Shown here: piece after piece, positions 54,819 through 64,000 of the stretch
Numbering within the stretch: position 1 is the first letter of the stretch
Layout: each line of letters starts with the position of its first letter
DNA from: Laetmonice hystrix
Taxonomy: Eukaryota
Direction: 5' to 3'
Length of the DNA stretch: 64,000 nucleotides
Assembly (NCBI GenBank): GCA_965235115.1
Contig: OZ249437.1
Coordinates: forward strand, 43,400,001-43,464,000
Program-made: the position numbers and the translations under genes
The notes under the pieces: model-generated
Databases searched by the model: none
What the model saw: the letters and a program-made list of their open reading frames with translations, nothing else
What the model was told of the DNA's origin: nothing

Positions 54819-57800
54819 TAACGGTGAATAATCCCTAGAAAGGTTCATGACACCTATAGATCTGATAGGGACGATTAGCCGTACACCAGCTTGGCTCCAT
54901 CAGCTGCTCCACATCATGGCCCTCAGCGCAGCCCTACACTAAACACCAGCCAATAACAGACAGGCAGACAAATGATTACCTCTTCCTCGGACATTAATCT
55001 TACATCCTACATATTGACAATGATATTCAATGGCACATTGTGTTGAGCACTTAACTTGCACAGTGTGGTACTGTAATTTGGTAAGCGTGTAGCGATTAAA
55101 ATGACTGGAATCTTTTTCTTTTGTTCAAAATAAGTGTTCAATGGTTTTAATTTCAACGCAATGCCCTAATCTCAATGGCTGTGCTAGGATGACACGCCAA
55201 CGAGACTCACTTTAGACAGGATCCTGATATATAGTTGTTTTTTTAAAACATACAAACCATAGTGATCATCTGGTGTATCGTTTGATAGCACATATTCAGA
55301 CAGATAAGCTATCTGATCAATACTCATTTGCTGATGTTATCGTATGTACTGCATAAAAGCAGTATCACAAAAATTATCTCTAATTATATCAAAAGTAAAC
55401 GTGCTGACCTAGATTTTTAGAATCGGCTCGCACCTAAAAAACGAACAGACAATGTAAGTACTGACGCAAGTCGTGAAGGGACTAAGAGAACCTAGAATCA
55501 TTGATAAATATTCTGGATGACATTGGTTGAAGTTCAGAATAAGTCGTGACCTTGGAACGCTAACCTGATAACCCCCCACCCCACTTCCAAAAAAATCTTG
55601 CATCTTGAGGTTAGTATATGGATGATCCCAGCGTTCACTTGAATGATGGGCGAAGGGCAGATGCTTAGCAATCCTCGGACTCATGTATGAGTCAGTGACC
55701 TTCTGCTTCACCGATAATTCTTAACTCCCCCCCCCCCCCTTCACCAAAACATTGGCAAGAAGTGACAACAAAACCCTTTTCACTGTATATATGCTGGTGG
55801 TTAACAATCTAGCAGTGGAAGCACCATTTTTCTGCAACACTTATCTCTTCATCTCCCTCGCATTACCAGTCCTCATAATGCCTTTCAATGTACCTCAAAA
55901 AGTCCTACGTTGAAGCCTTTATTCCAAATCCCTTACACTGACGGCTGGACTAAAAAAGGAATCAGTCACGTGACGTCTGCAGTCAAGATATTGATCCCTG
56001 TCTTCTCCTTACCATAACGAACACACAGACGGAGTTACAGGTTCAGTCTGTCTGCGTAACTGTGCATCAAGACCAGGTTTAGTACAGTTAGCAAATCTTT
56101 CTCCCTCATGGCACCATGTTTACTTTCAAGCAAAAATCCCACATGTTGTTAAAATACTTATCATACTCCGAGGTGCAGGACTAAAAACAGTAGCAGTAGA
56201 ATGTAGGAATGTGACTGCCAGTTGTTTTAAGGATTGTTTGGGTTGGCACCTGTTAAAGCATTAAAGTACTAGGACCGTCCTACTCCGCCGCTTTCCTGCA
56301 ATTAGGGAATACCTTAACACCATGTCGGATACCCGTTCCATCCATGCTGATTTTTTCCTTATATAACTGCATACAGCTGAGTGAAATCTATCGCTCGATC
56401 TTGTGGACCTGGTACCAGACTCGAAGTGCAGCTAACTCTATCACTATTTGGCACCCTCTACTCCTAACTATACCACCCACCAACCAACCAAGTATTTGCT
56501 TACATTATTAACCAAAGTGGCTTATCAGGGAATCATATCAGCCATATCATTGGTGAGTTGGCAGGGGGCCAAAGCTATGTTACTTCGTCTGCGCCACAGC
56601 TGTTCAATGAGACTGGGGTGAATCAAGTTCGCCGACCAACCACCAATTCACTTCATAAATACTACATCTGTCTGCCAATTACGAATGGCGGGAGGGGGCT
56701 GGATGCAAGGCGACATTTCAATGTACATGTATATCTTCAGAAGAAGAAATTCAATAATATCAGGACAGGAGAAACGAAAGAAAATACCGGTAAAATAGCC
56801 AGAAATTTTCAAATGATTTCTTTTTCTTTCCTTCCTTATTTTGTAGTTTTGTTCCACCAAATATATCACTTAATTAGTTGCACTGTTAAGATCTACTAAG
56901 TCTCCTTTGATCTGAAAAAGTACAGATGTTTCTTAGTATGGTTACAATCCCCTTGCTCTAAAAAGACAATTTAGTTAGAAGAAAAGCACACTTGGTACTG
57001 CCTGGCACCAAGTCTCGCGTTCACGTTTCTTCCCATCTTTGAACTGGCAGTTTGATGTCCAGCACATTTTCTACGCAGGTCGTTTGGAAAGCTGCAGGGT
57101 GAGTTTATATTGACGTAGTTATATTGGTGGTAAGTGGACCATACTATGGACTGGATGTGGTATTCATCGACTGGCACTAAACAAAATACATCTATATCTA
57201 TGTTACGTGCGTAGGCAGCTGCCTTAGGAAATCGCTCCTTAAAAACTGTCTATGTCTGTCTAGATACCATTAAAATGTCAAATAACTCGGCAAATGTACA
57301 TGTGGCTTTGGCCTCGACATTAAACCAGACGTTGGGGTACTTATTGCAGTATCAGAACCAGCAGCAAAAAGCATCCTTTTTCTGGCCGAAGATTTTTTGA
57401 CACTAGCATACAACATGTCTTCGTGTATAGCAACAGGCCAGAACCAAAGTGCTGAGCCAGTTAGAACACAACAGACACAGACTGTATACCTTCACGGAAA
57501 TGTCCCATCATATATCAGAGCTCTACAGATATGCATCCACCTCATCTTTTTCTCTCAAAGCTACAGATTCTGCCACGGAGCTGTTCCCAGATGGTAAATC
57601 ACTTATCAACCTTTCATTCAATCACTTATTAAAATGCCAACTTATTTATGGTTTTGAAGCAAGTATTGCATTTGTAATAAAAATCCATGAGCAATTTATC
57701 CTGTTCTCCTTTCATTAAAACTTTTATAACATAAATTTTATGATGCAACAATCGTGATATATCAATCAATACCACGCCGCCAACCTCGACAAGCATTAAT

Positions 57801-60800
57801 CTTATTAACCTATCTAAAATTAAAACAAAAGGTTTGACATGGTGAAAAAAAAACATTAACGATTGTCAAACAATACTATTTAGTCCTTCACTTTCTAAAT
57901 GAATATTCATCTAATTCTGGCTTTCCCTTTGAAAGGTGCATAGCATCCTTAGAAGCTTAGAATTCTGCTCAATCCGCAGCATGCATACTGACAAAAACTT
58001 CTGCCAAAAAACACAGTTTCTCAAACAAAGACCTTTGCCTGAATGTAAATGGTCTAAAAATTGATAAGCGTGTTTAATTCTGGAAGGGAGATCCCTGAAT
58101 GGAACTGTTGTGGGCTAATATCTGGACACTGTCAGACAAAGAAAACGCTGCCTATGTCGTGTTAACGCAGCAAATTTAATTATACAATCTGGCCAAAAAC
58201 TAAAGGATTCCCTCCCGAGTTTCAGTGAGATGTTCATTAATGAAGCCACGACAGATGACACTGGTTTCAGTGATCAGACCGGGCACATTGACCTGTCGCG
58301 TTAGGCGCCATGACTGTGGCAGTTTTTAGTGCACTCTACTGACGGGGTCACCCCCTCCATGGGAAGTAGGTCAGGCTGGCCCCGTTAGGTTCCATATAAA
58401 AAGGTCAGCTTTCATTGAGTTGAAAGACCAAGCTGTGCCACCAGGGTTGAGGCGTATTCTTCAGTTCTAACTGGAAGCTAGTTTTTGCTACTACTAGACT
58501 TGTATATTAACTATAAGTACATGTATGTAGTTTTCTCTATTAGGCCCAATCATATGTTAATCATGTATGACCAGCTACGCCATTGGTCCACTATGGTCGA
58601 CTCACTGTGAGCCTAAAAATCCTTACTCAAAGGGCCTAAATCCTGTGCTATAACTATGTTGTACTCACTGAGCCTATAAATTCGGTGTTCACTCTGACTT
58701 CCACTGAGTTAGAGCATGTCAATCATGAATCATTTCAGTAAACCTGAATCCAATTTACATTTTGCTGATTACATATACATCATTGTTATCTTATCAACAT
58801 ACAGGCTTCCCTCCTTGGGCCCGTCTAAAAACCCCTGGTGTGTTTTGTTACCTGACAGATACTGAAAAGCGTCCCTGTATATGTATATTGACTATGATAA
58901 CTGGGCCCGAAGGCCTGATGCTGGCCGGCCGCAGTCATCAGACGGCCTTGTTTTCACCTGACCGGTGGAGCGCGTGCCATGGCGGGAGCCAGTGGGGGGG
59001 GGGGAGGTTGACCGGCGGCCCCTGGCCACACGTCGCCCGCCGGGGTAAGGCAGGCGGGGGCGGGGGGGGGGGGCTTGGCCCCGACTGTTGCTTCAATCCC
59101 ACCGGCCCTGATGACACAGACCCACATCGCGGACAGACAACGATTCTGTAGGTGGGATAAATGTCTCCAGTGGTCCACCCATCCGACCTGTACTGCGGTC
59201 CCTGTGCCAGGCTGTGGCCGCCAGCAACCGGCCTGCTGTCGCCCCCCATCTCCCTGCCTCGCTGCATTCATTTCATCAACTCTCCAGGATCATCGCTCAA
59301 GTCTCTTGGTTCAACACCATCCCATTGTCTTCATTAGAATAACGACCAGTGCCTTTGTCCAGGCAACCCCCCCCCCCCTTGCTTCAATCCACTTTCATTA
59401 GCAGTCATAATTCATGCTAAATGAAATTCCTGTTTGGTAAGTGAGCCGACCGGATCTTACGCTATTGTAGACGAGACCTGCCGGGTAGGGGCACGGTGCT
59501 AGGCCAGGACACACCCACCCGTGTCCCAGCCACGGCCTCCTGGTCCGGGTGGGGGTGGGGGTATAAACATGCCAGGGTCAGGGCCAGCACTGGGCCAGTT
59601 GTCACGGCGACATCTGACCGGGTGCTACCATCTCCACTCAGATCCCCATCTTGCCTACCGACAGAAGCCTAGGAAGAAGCCTTTGTGACTCAATACCAAT
59701 CGCCTGTCATCTAAATGCAATCCCCAGTGCACTTGGCTGCTTCGGTTACCATAGACTGTATTCGTGCACACAGGTCTCTTTGTCAGGCTACGCTAACAGA
59801 CTATCAGCTTTCTCTTTTTTTCAGGGCCCGATTGCGATGAGTATGGATCCTCCAAACACAACTAGTCCACGGCTGACTGTCTGCCTTCATTGTGGCCAGT
59901 CAAAAGTGACTGCCAGCCATCTGACAACACGAGGACACATTATGAAATTAATGAACGTCATAACGATCCGGGCTGGCAGGCTCAGAAGGCTGACTGGCAG
60001 GCTGGCCTGGTCTCTGTGGTTACTGCCAGCCTCCCCGTGCAGCCTTCCATGGCAGGTTATTTGTCTCCCGGTGCCTGCAGGACACGAGCCAAGGTCGGCC
60101 ATGTTAATGGCCTTTCACCGAGGCTCTCTGTGAACAGATGTGAGGGAGGGGGGACCTCTTCCCAGGCGGCCTGCTCTTCTTGCCGTGATGGTCAACCCAT
60201 CGCCGACACTGGACTGGGCAGGCGTAATCCCCAGCACAGAGCCTGGACCTCACGATTAATAAAGCAGCCTGCCTTTAAATCAATCAGTGCCGATTACACA
60301 GAGCACCATTTGCATACTTCCACCACGATCCACGGCCCATCTTGCCTGGGCATCGATCCCTGCAGCGGCTACAAGTGACAAAACCTGGCCCAACACCCCC
60401 TTCCTGGAACGCCTTCACCGCCAAATTACACGGGCCAAACAGCTTCGTCTCCTCTCTCATCCCGCCCCCTCCCGTACTAGATCATGTCCGACGGCGTCCA
60501 ATCGTATTGCCATCGACACAACACCCTCCTGCCCCTGTAGCAGAGTCAGTGACAGCAGTGCCTAACCTGATTTACCTGATGTACACCCTCCCTGCATTAT
60601 GTCACGTGACTAAAAGAACTGCCCGCCGGAGTGTCTCCGCTCTAACTTTGTTGGCCGTGTGTGACATGCCACTTGGACGCCGCCTTCAATCAGCCCCTCA
60701 CAATCAGCCCGCTGACAACTCAAAGCACGTCCCTCCTCAGTCAAAGCGTTCGATGGGTGCCACCCACTATTAGACACCTTATACAATACCTAGGCAGCAA

Positions 60801-61200
60801 AAATCAGAAAGGAGTAAGTCCTCATTAGTTGCACTGCATGCAGAGACCATCCCTACTCGGCGCTCCCCACGGAAACAGATAAAGAACCTAAAAGAGTTGA
60901 AAAGTCCCTGGATGAAACATCATGTTACGGGAGCGACACATTCGATATCACGTCAACCGAGCCCGCGTCTGTGTGCAATTATTTCAACTCGGCGCAGGTT
61001 CGATCGTTTTGATGAAAAAAGTTTAATAAAATCAATGGTAACCTTCTGGAACCGCAAGATTAATTCAGACGATTCGTGACCTCAGTCACGAGCATATCAA
61101 TCCAATGAATCTTCAAGTAGATATATTTTATAGGTTGCCAAGATTTAACAAAATCCTCTCTTGGAGCAGAGAAATTTGACCGAACCTTAGCATTCATTAG

Positions 61201-61350
61201 GTCCATGTGTGAAAGGTTTGTCAGTCAGTTCCTTCCCGAAGGCCGGTGCTTTCCTCCAGGTATACTCCGGTTTCCCCCACCAAGAAAAACTGACTTTCAT
61301 CATCATCTTCACCGCCGTGATATGACCCTGGCTGTAAAATCCCAAATACC
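61201..61350 (+). mobile_element. SINE-like remnant (3' part)
   Basis: GTTTGTCAGT...GGCCGGTGCTTTCCTCCAGGTATACTCCGGTTTCCCCCACC...CGCCGTGATATGACCCTGGCTGT resembles, from memory, the body/tail of tRNA-derived SINEs widespread in marine invertebrates. No Pol III head identified with certainty. Confidence 0.5.
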
Positions 61351-62956
61351 CACCCACCATTCAATATGACTATTTGAAGAGATACACACGACAGGATCTT
61401 GAAAACGTACCTTTTACTGGTTATAATGGAAACGCTTTGCGTTACTTCCTGCTCGGCCCAAGACACGCTCCTGTGGGTGTATTCCCTATAGTACCACAGT
61501 TCGACCTGTATTATAACAGAATTATGATCTGTATATTGTGATCTGAATGCACTTCACCTTTTCGTCATTATGTGCTGGTTGGCCCCTTTGACCCACTTAA
61601 TGCTCAGACATCCAGGATAGGGGCCACTTGACCCCATTCCATATACATGTGGCACACGTTTCAAGTGCTTACAATGTCCATGCATTGTTAGAGACGCCTT
61701 GCTATACAAGCCATTGATGCAGGTGGACCACTGGAACAGGCGGACAGGCTTACCAGGGCCTGGGGACCACATGCCCCCTCTAGTATACCAGCCACTTTTG
61801 CAACATTTGCGTAAATGACTTTGCAATAGCAGGCTAGGACAAAAAGATCCTGCCGCCTGTCCGAGAGTCTATATAGTATGTGTTTAAATAGATGTAAAAA
61901 CACCAGGGGCGTAGACATGGTTCTTGGTTTGACGTCCCTGGCCGACTCCTTGTTTTCATCGGTCATAGTCATTCTGTCCACACCGTTCTTGGTTGAGACA
62001 TTCAAGCAGGGATGCTAATTCTATTGTCTCCCTCAGTGATCCATAATCATTGTGTGCCGCCAGCAGGAGACGCAGCAGCAGCAGTGGCACCATGCAGTAC
62101 CACTGGCTATGGCAATCTCTCTGCCGTAACGTTTTACATTGGCCACTCCACCTCAACTCGGCACTGGATGCCGACTCCAAACTCCCTTTGTTGTGTTGTA
62201 TTTCACACTTGCATGTTAACCTGTCTCATGTGTGCAGTGGGAAGACAAGAAAACAAGGCGTACCTCCAATACCCGTACAATATGGTGAAGCCAAGGAAGC
62301 GCAAAGCTTTCTCGGTTGCACTTTATGAGTTCAATATGAAACCTAGGCACCCTTAGAACTGCAGTTTCCACATTATACATCAGTCTACTTGCTGGAGGTA
62401 TCATTTCAGAGCGAGGAGTTACATTCATTTCTGAAAAAATGAAGGTTTAACGATTTTGTCTCCATTAATTGTTGAGGCAAGAAACATAGTCATTCGTTGG
62501 CTCAACTAGATGATCCTTCCTTAGTAAACGCACCTGTTGTCACTTAGCGTATTTGACTCATTATCTATTAAGGTTAGTTTCACATGCCCCGTCACTTTTG
62601 TACTTTCCAACTTCCTACTGTGCAAAGCGTGGATGCGTAACAGGTAATCAAAATGTAGTCCTAAGTATGATCCCACAGCCAAGCCTTCAAATAGAAGCAC
62701 ATGTCGCTGCGTGGAGTGCTCCATAGCCACAGTCCCGGATCTGAGCTAGGGAAGGTTGCCCTGGTCCCGCCACTGACACTGATCCTGGTACTTTGACCTA
62801 TCCTCCCCTCAACCCAAACCCACTGCTTCACTTTCACACAATATATGTTTGACTCTTCTAAAGTCTTTGCTTTTGACACCCTCAGTAGTTATACCAGGAG
62901 TGTCCTGGTGAGGAACACTCTCCGCGGCAAGATGAGATTTGGTGAAGAAGTACACT

Positions 62957-62993
62957 GTCACCATGGGAACGTTTGCGCTATCACCATGGTGAC
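62957..62993. promoter_or_regulatory. Paired RFX X-box motifs
   Basis: GTCACCATGGGAAC (62957-62970) and ATCACCATGGTGAC (62980-62993). Confidence 0.4.
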
Positions 62994-64000
62994 CGTTACA
63001 CCGTCACCATTGAAAAATTGCCATGAGTCATTAACTCCCAACGCAGGATTGGTCCTCCAAAAAATCCCCACTTATTCTTGATGATCTTAAAACTGATGAA
63101 TGTTTTCATGCTATTTATTCATGGAATCTGTTAAAAACTTCAACCGATGCAGCCTCCTGTTGAAACACCTTGCCGATCAATCATGCTGCATCAGCAGTTG
63201 CCAAGTATTATAACTGGTCCATCTGTGACCGATACTGTTCAAAATATAAAAAAAACATTTCCGTCATAAAAACATTAAATTGTCACTTTTCACACTAGAA
63301 ATGATGAATGGCAACTAAAGAACGCCAACATGTTGCCGTGGTCTGCAATGCTGTAGAATTATGTGACACCTAAATATTAGCAATATGCTCTTGTCAGCTC
63401 TGGGTGCGAGAAAGTCAGAGCAACGATGGTCAGAGCAACGAGAGAGTAAACACCAGGCATCACTGCCTGAAACAATGCAGTTCACTGAAACGACCCGTCC
63501 TCTAGAAATGAACTCGGGTGGGATTATATTAGTGGTGCAAAATTGGAGAAGAATTTGCACTTGCTGTCTCCGGGGCAATAGGAGGTGAACAACGTAATCT
63601 TAATTTGAGCTTGCTTATGTGAGATAAGCTTCTCATAAATATATAATAAAAAAGGGAAAATCAATAAATGGATCAGTAAGCGTGGAAAGAAAATGTGGCT
63701 CTTAAAATAGCTAAAGTGTGGTTTAAAGTGCGACTCTTATCACCTAAACGATCATAAACATTTGAAGGTTAAAATCTTGGGGCCCCAAATTTCTTCCTCA
63801 GCCCTATATGACAAACGAATCAAACAAACTGTCACATGGGCCCAGAGAAATATATTGAGTTCAGATTTTTGATACACCCTGTGTTTCACATAAAGAAAAA
63901 CTACGTCTAATGCTTTCAATTAGCAGGACATTACGTCCGCAATGTTCACTAGGAACTGAGGCAGTTGGACTAGGACGTCAAGTGGGTCAAACTACTCAAA

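Noticed and set aside
56970-57160. Plus-strand open segment ending at a strong GTGAGT donor
   Set aside because: Isolated, with no partner exons or recognisable peptide.
58760-60780. Several 100-160 aa overlapping ORFs on both strands
   Set aside because: GC-rich low-complexity DNA with few stops by chance. No recognisable domains and no consistent splice chain.

Overview
Eukaryotic (invertebrate, probably bilaterian) genomic DNA with GT-AG introns. Three conserved genes can be rebuilt exon by exon with consistent intron phases. (1) The 3' part of a GH31 alpha-glucosidase (GAA/MGAM/SI-like) on + at <1-4936. (2) A complete eIF2B-gamma (EIF2B3) on + at 10184-14054, 11 coding exons, 462 aa. (3) A ZSWIM4/5/6-family gene on - at 21058->44505, 16 exons found, first exon not found in the window. 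The rest is intron or intergenic DNA with several MITE-like DNA transposons, a SINE remnant, and candidate CTCF and RFX sites. The most unusual structures are: a decayed tandem array of about 13 exon+intron-like units on the minus strand (~5.7-8.5 kb) with no consistent reading frame; a ZSWIM intron whose 3' splice site has been amplified 9 times as a 53-bp tandem repeat; a duplicated 5' splice site in the same gene; and an unannotated exon-like series at 16.2-17.7 kb. All coordinates were counted by eye and should be rechecked computationally.
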